Below are positions 55,733-64,000 of a stretch of DNA of 64,000 bases, in pieces. The DNA comes from an uncultured Candidatus Rokubacteria bacterium (lineage in GTDB: Bacteria > Methylomirabilota > Methylomirabilia > Rokubacteriales > DASRDR01), in NCBI GenBank assembly GCA_963826115.1, contig CAWGVS010000010.1, positions 448,001-512,000 on the forward strand. The letters are read 5' to 3'. A model generated the notes under the pieces. The model ran no database searches and was not told the DNA's origin. It was given only the letters and a program-made list of their open reading frames with translations. Numbering within the stretch: the stretch's first letter is position 1; each line of letters begins with the position of its first letter. The translations under genes and the position numbers were made by a program.

Positions 55733-55960
55733 ATGACGAACGGCCTTCGCGGATCGATCGTGCTGGCGGCCGCCGTGTCCCTCGCGGCGTGCTCGTCGGC
55801 CACCACGACCCACAGCGTCTCGAGGACGCCGCTCGCCCAGGAGGCGCGCCGCGCCACCGAGCGCTACCAGGACGTCGCCGCGGCGACGTCCCGGCCGGCT
55901 ACGCCCTGTTCCTCGGCCGCGTCAGCAGTCCGCAGGGCGGCGCCACCCATCAGGAGGCCT
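55733..55960 (+). pseudogene. frameshifted, truncated lipoprotein gene
   Basis: GGGAGG RBS, lipobox LAAC, ARRATERYQDVAAA; continues in another frame as AGYALFLGRVSSPQGGA and then degenerates. Confidence 0.5.
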
Positions 55961-56107
55961 CTGAGCCCGGGCCGCTGGGGCCGCGATGTCCCAGCGGGGT
56001 CTCCCTGCCTCAGCGCGCCCCGTTCGGGCATCGCCCCGCTCGGGCTCTAGCGTCGCGAAGCCTTCGAATCCATTGGCCATCGGCCTGCTAGGCCCCAGCA
56101 CGCGGCG

Positions 56108-56123
56108 AGGAATGCGGCTTGCA
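56108..56123 (+). promoter_or_regulatory. possible sigma54 promoter of the heme/NrfCD operon
   Basis: AGGAATGCGGCTTGCA: GG-N10-GC with TTGCA at -12, about 85 nt before ATG 56208. Confidence 0.4.
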
Positions 56124-56207
56124 CCACCCAGGCTGGCGGTGACCCACCGATGACGTGCAGGCCCGAAGATCCCCGGCCCGGGGGGGACTGGCAAGAGGAG
56201 GGAGCGC

Positions 56208-57272
56208 ATGCGAAGCGGGTTGGCGGCAACAGGCCGGACGGGTGTGCTGGTGGTCTTGGTGCTCGCACTGTCGGCCATGCCGGCCTTGGCGCAGAAGGGG
56301 CTGGTGAGCGTCAAGACCGATCAAGCTCCAGCGATTGACGGGGCGATCGAGGCCGCGTGGGAGAAGGCTCCTGCCTACAAGATCACGCTCGACCAGACTC
56401 CGTACAAGCCGGAGGGCTTTAAGGGACTCACGAAGACCACCGTCACCATGAAGTCGATGTACGACAAGGACAACATCTACGTCCTGCTGCAGTGGGACGA
56501 TCCGACCCGGAGCATCGAGCGGGAGCCCTGGGTCAAGCAGGCCGACGGCAAGTGGAAGCAGCTTCACGCGCCCGACCAGACGGGTCACGACAACACCTAC
56601 TACGAGGACAAGCTCGCCATCCTCTGGAATATCAACGCCACGGGCTTCGACAAGAAGGGGTGCGACGTTGCCTGCCACAAGGCGCGTGGCGGCAAGGTCG
56701 CGGGCATCGAGGACAAGTCTCCGGGCCGCAAGTTCACGGACAAGCCGGGCGAGACCATTGACATGTGGCACTGGAAGGGCGTCCGGACCGGCCCCGTCGG
56801 GCAGGTCGACGACCAGTACATCGACGACACTAAGGACCCGAAGAAGAACGACGACTGGGGTCGGAAGGGCGACGCGAAGACGGGCGGCGGCTACTCCAAC
56901 AACGTCAACAAGGACAAGACCGGCCCCGCCTGGATGAACAAGACCCCGTCCGAGGAGAACAAGTACTGGGTCCTCGACAGCGACAAGACGGAGTTCGTCG
57001 ACACCTTCAAGCCGGGAGACGTCGTGGGTGGCATCGTGATCGCCCCCTTCACGGGCTCGCGTGGCGACCTCGAGGCCAGGGCCGTGTGGAAGAACGCGAT
57101 GTGGACGCTCGAGATCAAGCGCAAGCTCGTCACCACGGGCGACAAGGCCAAGGAGCAGGACGTCCAGTTCGATGATCTCAAGAAGACCTACTTCTTCGGG
57201 GTGTCGGTGTTCGACAACACCCAGATCAATCACATGTATCACGAAGGGGTACACCGGCTGACCTTTAAGTAG
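56208..57272 (+). CDS. ethylbenzene-dehydrogenase-related (DOMON-like, EB_dh) periplasmic heme protein
   Basis: Signal peptide; IYVLLQWDD, YYEDKLAILW, CDVACH, IDMWHWK, WTLEIKRKL and VSVFD. Confidence 0.82.
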   Translation: MRSGLAATGRTGVLVVLVLALSAMPALAQKGLVSVKTDQAPAIDGAIEAAWEKAPAYKITLDQTPYKPEGFKGLTKTTVTMKSMYDKDNIYVLLQWDDPTRSIEREPWVKQADGKWKQLHAPDQTGHDNTYYEDKLAILWNINATGFDKKGCDVACHKARGGKVAGIEDKSPGRKFTDKPGETIDMWHWKGVRTGPVGQVDDQYIDDTKDPKKNDDWGRKGDAKTGGGYSNNVNKDKTGPAWMNKTPSEENKYWVLDSDKTEFVDTFKPGDVVGGIVIAPFTGSRGDLEARAVWKNAMWTLEIKRKLVTTGDKAKEQDVQFDDLKKTYFFGVSVFDNTQINHMYHEGVHRLTFK

Positions 57273-57286
57273 CCGGCGCGCTGGCC

Positions 57287-57326
57287 GTCGGGCCTCTCCC
57301 GTCGAGGTGAGCGGGAGGGGCCCGAC
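57287..57326. terminator. 15 bp intergenic stem-loop (terminator or mRNA stabiliser)
   Basis: GTCGGGCCTCTCCCG ... CGGGAGGGGCCCGAC immediately after the EB_dh gene stop; no U-tract. Confidence 0.5.
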
Positions 57327-57377
57327 TCGCCCCATTCACTTCATGCTGGCTGAACCCCCGAGCAAGGAGACGGCGCG

Positions 57378-58259
57378 ATGAAGGTCAGCTCGCGGCACCG
57401 GCGATCGGCGGCACGGTGGCTGGTCGTCGCCGCCTTCGTGGTCCTCGGGGCGCCCGGCTCGCGGGCGCCGCTGCTGCCGGCCTCCTCGGTGACGGATGCG
57501 CAGGCGCAGACGGCTCCCGAGGGCAAGGCGCCCGAGAAGCCGGACGCCAAGGCCGAGGGGACGAAGGCCGAGCCGGCGAAGAGCGACAAGCCCAAGCCTC
57601 AGACCGCCAAGGAGGCCGACGAGGCCCTGGCGAAGCTCATGACGGAGCGAAGGCCCATCCGTGCCGCGACCGCACGGGGTCAGACAGCCGACGAGGCGCC
57701 GAATTTCAAGGTCGTCCCTCGTGTCGACCGGATCCGCAATTACCCCTGCACGAAGTGCCACGACAATCAGTTCGTGGACCGCCGGGTCCGGGAGCTTCAG
57801 GACGAGCACACGAAGCTCGTCTTCGAGCACGGCGGCGGGCGCTTCTGGTGCTACGACGCCTGCCACAAGGGCACCGACATGGACAACCTGGTCTCGCTCC
57901 GCGGCCGGCGGGTCAGCTACGACGAGTCCTACAAGGTGTGCGGCCAATGTCACTTCCAGCGTTTGGACTGGTACTTCGGCGGACACGGAAAGCGTCAGGG
58001 CGCCTGGGAGAACCAGCGCGAGATCCCGAGGGTCGCTGACGAACTGAAGGTCGAGGACCGCAGCCAGATCGGCAGGTGGGGAGGCGAGCGGGTCATCCTC
58101 AATTGCACGGAGTGCCACGACGCCCACTCGCCCTCGATCAAGCCGTTCGAGCCGAGCCCGCCACCCAAGGTCCGCTCCGGGCTGCGTCAGCCTGCGGTCA
58201 AATCCGAGCCGGAGCCGAAGATCTGGGAGCGCCTGGCCGAGCCCAGAGGGAAGCGCTGA
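57378..58259 (+). CDS. tetraheme cytochrome c
   Basis: Signal/TM segment; CTKCH, CYDACH, CGQCH and CTECH. Confidence 0.88.
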   Translation: MKVSSRHRRSAARWLVVAAFVVLGAPGSRAPLLPASSVTDAQAQTAPEGKAPEKPDAKAEGTKAEPAKSDKPKPQTAKEADEALAKLMTERRPIRAATARGQTADEAPNFKVVPRVDRIRNYPCTKCHDNQFVDRRVRELQDEHTKLVFEHGGGRFWCYDACHKGTDMDNLVSLRGRRVSYDESYKVCGQCHFQRLDWYFGGHGKRQGAWENQREIPRVADELKVEDRSQIGRWGGERVILNCTECHDAHSPSIKPFEPSPPPKVRSGLRQPAVKSEPEPKIWERLAEPRGKR

Positions 58260-58513
58260 TGCCCAAGCCGCGGACGGCACCCGGTGACGCCCCCAACGTC
58301 AGTCGGCGGGACTTTTTGACGAAACGACTGACCGGTGGGATTGCCGGACTGCTCGGCGGGGGGGCGGCGGCCGCCGCCCCGCCGCTCCCGACCGTGGAGG
58401 CCGGGCGGCCCGCCCCCGCCGGCTCTTTCTCCCCGCGAGACCTCACGCCGATGACGCGTGACGAGGTGAAGGCGGCGCTTGCCCGCATCCGGGTCCAGAG
58501 AAAGGAACGCTGA
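58259..58513 (+). CDS. small Tat-motif protein
   Basis: ATG overlaps the previous stop and its own stop overlaps the next ATG; SRRDFL; C-terminus MTRDEVKAALARI. Confidence 0.6.
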   Translation: MPKPRTAPGDAPNVSRRDFLTKRLTGGIAGLLGGGAAAAAPPLPTVEAGRPAPAGSFSPRDLTPMTRDEVKAALARIRVQRKER

Positions 58514-59472
58514 TGGCGCCGAACTCCCGGACGACAGCCGACGGTCTGGCGCTGACGCGTCGTGTGCTGCTGAAGCTCGCCGGTCTTCTGGCGGCCGGCA
58601 CCGCGCTCCTGGGCGGCCGCCGGGCCATCGCCCAGGCCGCCCAGGCGGCGGGGGCGGGGGCCGAATCACTCGCCGACACCTGGGGCGCCCTCTTCCAGCA
58701 GCAGTACACGAGGATGAGCCCGGAGGAGGTCAAGGCCGCCATCGGCCGCATCGAGCGCCGGGCGAAACGGCAGTACGGGGTCGATATCAGCGTCGGGACC
58801 GAGCCGCCCATGGACGGCGTCGTCTTCGGCTACGCCCTGAACATCTCCAAGTGCAAGGGTGTCAGGAAGTGCGTGGAGGCCTGCGTCGCCGAGAACAACC
58901 AGAGCCGGGATCCTCAAATCCAATACATCCGGGTCCTGGAAATGGACCACGGAGACATGAACCTGAACCGGGCCAACCAGTACTACGACGCTGAGACCGT
59001 GCCGCGGCCGGGCAAGTTCTACCTGCCCGTCCAGTGCATGCAGTGCGACAATCCTCCGTGCGTCAAGGCCTGCCCGGTCGAGGCCACGTGGCAAGAACGG
59101 GACGGGATCACGGTGGTCGACTACGACTGGTGCATCGGCTGCCGGTACTGCATGACGGCGTGCCCCTACTGGGCCCGCCACTTCAACTGGAGCGAGCCGA
59201 CCATCCCGCCGGCGTCGCTCAATACCGACACCCACTACCTCGGCAACCGGCCGCGCCCGAAGGGCGTCGTCGAGAAGTGCACCTTCTGCATCCAGCGCAC
59301 GCGCAAGGGCCGCCAGCCGGCCTGCGTGGAAGCGTGTCCGACCGGCGCGCGGATCTTCGGCAACCTGCTCGACCCCGCGAGTGACGTCCGCTACGTGCTC
59401 GAGAACAAGACCGTCTTTCGGCTGAAGGAAGAGCTCGGCACCGAACCCAAGTTCTGGTACTTCACGGACTGA
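58513..59472 (+). CDS. NrfC/DsrO-like Tat-exported 4Fe-4S dicluster protein
   Basis: TRRVLLK; CKGVRKCVEAC, CMQCDNPPCVKAC, CIGCRYCMTAC and CTFC..PACVEAC. Confidence 0.9.
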   Translation: MAPNSRTTADGLALTRRVLLKLAGLLAAGTALLGGRRAIAQAAQAAGAGAESLADTWGALFQQQYTRMSPEEVKAAIGRIERRAKRQYGVDISVGTEPPMDGVVFGYALNISKCKGVRKCVEACVAENNQSRDPQIQYIRVLEMDHGDMNLNRANQYYDAETVPRPGKFYLPVQCMQCDNPPCVKACPVEATWQERDGITVVDYDWCIGCRYCMTACPYWARHFNWSEPTIPPASLNTDTHYLGNRPRPKGVVEKCTFCIQRTRKGRQPACVEACPTGARIFGNLLDPASDVRYVLENKTVFRLKEELGTEPKFWYFTD

Positions 59473-59478
59473 CTGACC

Positions 59479-60717
59479 ATGAGCGCGCTACTCGCCTTCG
59501 CCACGGACAGCGTGAGGCAGGTATTCCGGGGCGGCCGCCTGTACTGGAGCTGGGTAATCGGGCTCGGCCTGGTCGTGCTGCTGGGGCTCGCCTTCTACTG
59601 GCGGCAGCTGGAGCAGGGCCTGATCACGACGGGCATGAGTGACCAGGTCTCGTGGGGGGCATATATCGCCAACTTCACTTATCTGGTGGGCATTGCTGCC
59701 GCCGCCGTCATGCTGGTGATTCCCGCCTACGTGTTCCACCGGGAGGACGTCAAGCACGTCGTGCTGATGGGCGAAGGCATCGCCGTGGCCGCCGTGATCA
59801 TGTCCATCCTCTTCGTTGTGGTAGACCTGGGCCGGCCGGACCGCATGTGGCACATGATCCCCTGGGTCGGACGACTCCATTTCCCGGCCTCGTTGCTGGC
59901 GTGGGACATCGTCGTCCTCACGGGGTACCTCGTGCTCAACCTCACGATCCCCTTCTACATTCTCTTCAGTCGGTATCGGGGACGGGAGCCGCGCGCGCGT
60001 CTGTACTTCCCCGCCGTGCTGATCTCGATCGCCTGGGCGATCTCCATCCACACGGTCACGGCGTTCCTGTTCTCTTCGAACGTGGCGCGGCCATTCTGGC
60101 ACACCGCCGTGCTCGGACCGCGCTTTCTGGCGTCGGCCTTCACCGCGGGGCCGGCGTTGATCGTGCTCGCGTTGCAGATCATCGACCGGAATACACCGTT
60201 CAAGGTTCAGCCCTCGGTGATCGACCTCATGGCCCTGATCGCCACGGTCGCCCTCCAGATCAACCTCTTTCTCGTGGGGACCGAAATCTTCACGGACTTC
60301 TACTTCCGGACGGAACACGTCGCCGCCGCCACCTACCTGTACCTGGGCCTGGACGGCGCGCGCATGCTCGTGCCCTGGATCTGGAGCGCCATCCTCCTCG
60401 ATGGTGCGGCCGCGATCATACTGACCGTCCATTCGCTGAGACGACGCCGGGTCCTGCTGAGCATCGCCTGCGTGCTCGCGATCGTGGGAGTGTGGATCGA
60501 GAAGGGGATGGGCCTTGTCGTGCCCGGTTTCGTGCCGACGCCGCTCGGTGAGGTATTCGAGTACTCGCCCCATTGGGGCGAGGTGTTCATTTCCTTGGGG
60601 ATCTGGGCGGCGGGGGCGCTGATCTTCACGCTGCTGGCGAAGGTCGCGATTCCGATCGAGCTCGGCGAGCTCCGGCATCCCGAGTCCGCGGGGGTGCCGG
60701 CCGCGCCGCTCCCGTAG
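59479..60717 (+). CDS. NrfD/DsrP-like integral membrane quinol-interacting subunit
   Basis: TGMSDQVSWG.YIANF, VDLGRPDR, SLLAWD, SIHTVTAFL, PRFLASAF and WIEKG; about 10 TM helices. Confidence 0.9.
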   Translation: MSALLAFATDSVRQVFRGGRLYWSWVIGLGLVVLLGLAFYWRQLEQGLITTGMSDQVSWGAYIANFTYLVGIAAAAVMLVIPAYVFHREDVKHVVLMGEGIAVAAVIMSILFVVVDLGRPDRMWHMIPWVGRLHFPASLLAWDIVVLTGYLVLNLTIPFYILFSRYRGREPRARLYFPAVLISIAWAISIHTVTAFLFSSNVARPFWHTAVLGPRFLASAFTAGPALIVLALQIIDRNTPFKVQPSVIDLMALIATVALQINLFLVGTEIFTDFYFRTEHVAAATYLYLGLDGARMLVPWIWSAILLDGAAAIILTVHSLRRRRVLLSIACVLAIVGVWIEKGMGLVVPGFVPTPLGEVFEYSPHWGEVFISLGIWAAGALIFTLLAKVAIPIELGELRHPESAGVPAAPLP

Positions 60718-60738
60718 CGAGACACCGGAGGAGCCGAC

Positions 60739-61629
60739 ATGCCACCGCGACTCCAGCTGGCCCGCATCCTGGTTCCCCTCGACGGCTCGGTCTGGGCCGA
60801 AACCATCCTGCCGGTGGTCGCGCAGCTGGCGCGCGACCACGCCGCCGAGGTGATTCTCCTCGAGGTCATGGAGGGACAGCAGAGCCGGGAGACCGAGCTC
60901 GACGCGGAGCGCGAGGCGGGCAGCTACCTCGAGCGGGCCGCCGGCTACGTCCGGAGCCGCGGGGTCGGGCGTGTGCGCGTGCGCATGTGGTACGGCGAGG
61001 CCGACCAGGCGATCGCGAACGCGGCCGCGCGGGAAGAGGTCAGCCTCATCGGGATGTCGACGCACGGGCGCAGCGGTCTCAACTGGCTTCGCTTCGGGAG
61101 CGTCGCGGAGCGCGTCGTCCGCCAGGCGGCCGTGCCCGTGTTGCTCGTCCGGGGCACCCCCACCTGGGACGAGGGGGGCATCGGCCGAATCCTGGTGCCG
61201 CTCGACGGATCGGAGGCTTCGGAGGCGGTGATTCCCATCGTCGCCTGTCTGGCGAGCCCCTTCGACCTGGGGATCCAGCTCCTGCACGTCGTCGAGCGGC
61301 CGTCCCTCGAGTCGGACGGGGGCGCCGGAGGGAAGTGGGCGCCGGAGGCGGAAGCGGAGGCCTACCTCGCGGGGGTGGCCGCGCGTCTCGAGACCCGCGG
61401 GCTTCGGGTCGGCGTGACCGCGCGGGTCGGACCAGCGGCCGAGATGATCCCGGTGGTCGCGGCCGAGACCAAGTGCGGCCTGATCGCGATGTCGACCCAC
61501 GGCCGCTCGGGCCTGGAACGCCTGTTCCTGGGCAGCGTGGCCGAGCGCGTGCTGAGAGCCGTGACCGTGCCCGTGCTCATGTGGAAGCCGCCGGCGGGCG
61601 GGCTCCAGACGAGACCGGCCGGTGAGTGA
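60739..61629 (+). CDS. tandem universal stress protein
   Basis: Two copies of ILVPLDGS...MSTHGRSG...GSVAERV. Confidence 0.93.
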   Translation: MPPRLQLARILVPLDGSVWAETILPVVAQLARDHAAEVILLEVMEGQQSRETELDAEREAGSYLERAAGYVRSRGVGRVRVRMWYGEADQAIANAAAREEVSLIGMSTHGRSGLNWLRFGSVAERVVRQAAVPVLLVRGTPTWDEGGIGRILVPLDGSEASEAVIPIVACLASPFDLGIQLLHVVERPSLESDGGAGGKWAPEAEAEAYLAGVAARLETRGLRVGVTARVGPAAEMIPVVAAETKCGLIAMSTHGRSGLERLFLGSVAERVLRAVTVPVLMWKPPAGGLQTRPAGE

Positions 61630-61695
61630 GCCCGAGATTGCCGTGCCCCGAGTGTCACTGGCGTCCGTCGCGCCGGCCGGAAGGGAGGAGCCTCG

Positions 61696-62991
<1,296 letters not shown>

Positions 62992-63004
62992 AAAGGAGCG
63001 TCCG

Positions 63005-64000
63005 ATGCCGACCACACCCTCCGCGAGCTACAGCCTCACGGTCCGCGTCGAGATCCGGAATCTCCCCGGGATGCTCGGCAAGGTCACCTCGGCCATCAGC
63101 CGGGCCGGTGGAGACATCGGGGCCATCGACCTGATCCTGGCAGGCGGGAAGGTCCGGACCCGGGACATCACCTTCAATGCGCGCGACGACCGGCACGGCC
63201 AGACCATCGTGGCCGGCCTGAGCAAGATCGCGGGCGTCCGCGTCCTTCGCACGTCCGACCGGACCTTCCTCATGCACCTCGGCGGCAAGATCGAGGTCCG
63301 CGGCAAGGTGCCGGTGAAGACACGGGACGACCTGTCGATGGCCTACACGCCCGGCGTCGCGCGGATCTGCATGGCGATCCACGAGGATCCGGAGAAGGCC
63401 TACGCGCTGACGATCAAGCAGAACACGGTGGCCGTGGTCACGGACGGCACGGCGGTTCTGGGGCTCGGCGACATCGGGCCCAAGGCCGCGATGCCGGTGA
63501 TGGAGGGCAAGGCCCTCCTCTTCAAGGCCTTCGCCGGGGTGGATGCCTTTCCGCTCTGCCTAGACACGAAGGATCCGAGCGAGATCATCCGGATCGTCCG
63601 CGCGATCGCGCCGGGCTTCGGCGGGATCAACCTGGAGGATATCTCCGCCCCCCGATGCTTCGAGATCGAGGAGCGCCTGCGGAAGGAGCTGGACATTCCG
63701 GTCTTCCACGACGATCAGCACGGGACGGCGGTGGTCGTGCTCGCCGCGCTCCTGAATGCCCTCCGCGTCGTCAAGAAGAAGATGAGCGACGTCCGGGTCG
63801 TCTTCGCGGGCGCCGGCGCCTCGGGAATCGCCACGGCCAAGCTCTTGATGGCCGTCGGCTGCCGGCGCGTCATCGGATGCGACCGGGCGGGAAGCCTTTA
63901 TCGCGGCCGGACCGAGCACATGAATCCGGTCAAGCAGTGGTTCGCGGAGCACACGAACCCCCGGCGCCTTCGAGGCAGCCTGGCTGACGCGCTCCGGGGC
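63005..64000 (+). CDS. malic enzyme with N-terminal ACT domain (runs off window end)
   Basis: Not in ORF track. ATG 63005: MPTTPSASYSLTVRVEIRNLPGMLG (ACT), then LSMAYTPGVA, VTDGTAVLGLGDIG, VMEGK, INLEDI, FHDDQHGT and GAGASG. Confidence 0.93.
   Translation, partial: MPTTPSASYSLTVRVEIRNLPGMLGKVTSAISRAGGDIGAIDLILAGGKVRTRDITFNARDDRHGQTIVAGLSKIAGVRVLRTSDRTFLMHLGGKIEVRGKVPVKTRDDLSMAYTPGVARICMAIHEDPEKAYALTIKQNTVAVVTDGTAVLGLGDIGPKAAMPVMEGKALLFKAFAGVDAFPLCLDTKDPSEIIRIVRAIAPGFGGINLEDISAPRCFEIEERLRKELDIPVFHDDQHGTAVVVLAALLNALRVVKKKMSDVRVVFAGAGASGIATAKLLMAVGCRRVIGCDRAGSLYRGRTEHMNPVKQWFAEHTNPRRLRGSLADALRG

Noticed and set aside
58513-60717. dsrOP of dissimilatory sulfur metabolism
   Set aside because: No dsrMKJ or dsrAB in the window; only family-level NrfC/NrfD similarity is supportable.

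Overview
High-GC, diderm (outer-membrane barrels, lipoproteins) bacterial chromosome segment with no rRNA, tRNA, CRISPR or IS element that I can see. It falls into five blocks. (1) 1-8.5 kb: mobA, then a Tat-exported Cys-type formate dehydrogenase operon (fdnG-fdnH-nrfD-like anchor-fdhE) and a ModE-like wHTH gene. (2) 8.6-14.6 kb: cobB, cbtB, a frameshifted cbtA, a Cys-rich ferredoxin and a P-loop kinase, plus a few singletons. (3) 14.6-44 kb: a ~29 kb island with four near-perfect sigma54 promoters. Each is preceded by a tandem pair of a shared palindrome (CCGYC-N6-GRCGG). The island has its own tandem-GAF sigma54 activator (probable CTG start), Ca2+/H+ exchanger, K+ channel, OprD porin, Orn/Lys/Arg-family decarboxylase, AspD, two AspT antiporters, GH63 and GH13 enzymes, and many uncharacterised envelope proteins. 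This is my best candidate for an undescribed system. (4) 44-55.4 kb: nrfHA with a CXXCH-type heme 1, a glutaredoxin, a xanthine-dehydrogenase-family Mo enzyme, and a split NAD-linked formate dehydrogenase whose catalytic subunit has an in-frame UGA (selenocysteine) plus a SECIS, broken in two by the ORF track. (5) 55.5-64 kb: two decayed genes, a catalytic-subunit-less EB_dh-type heme protein/tetraheme cytochrome/NrfC/NrfD module, a USP, citrate synthase and a truncated ACT-malic enzyme. Family assignments come from motif recognition by eye; no database searches were run.
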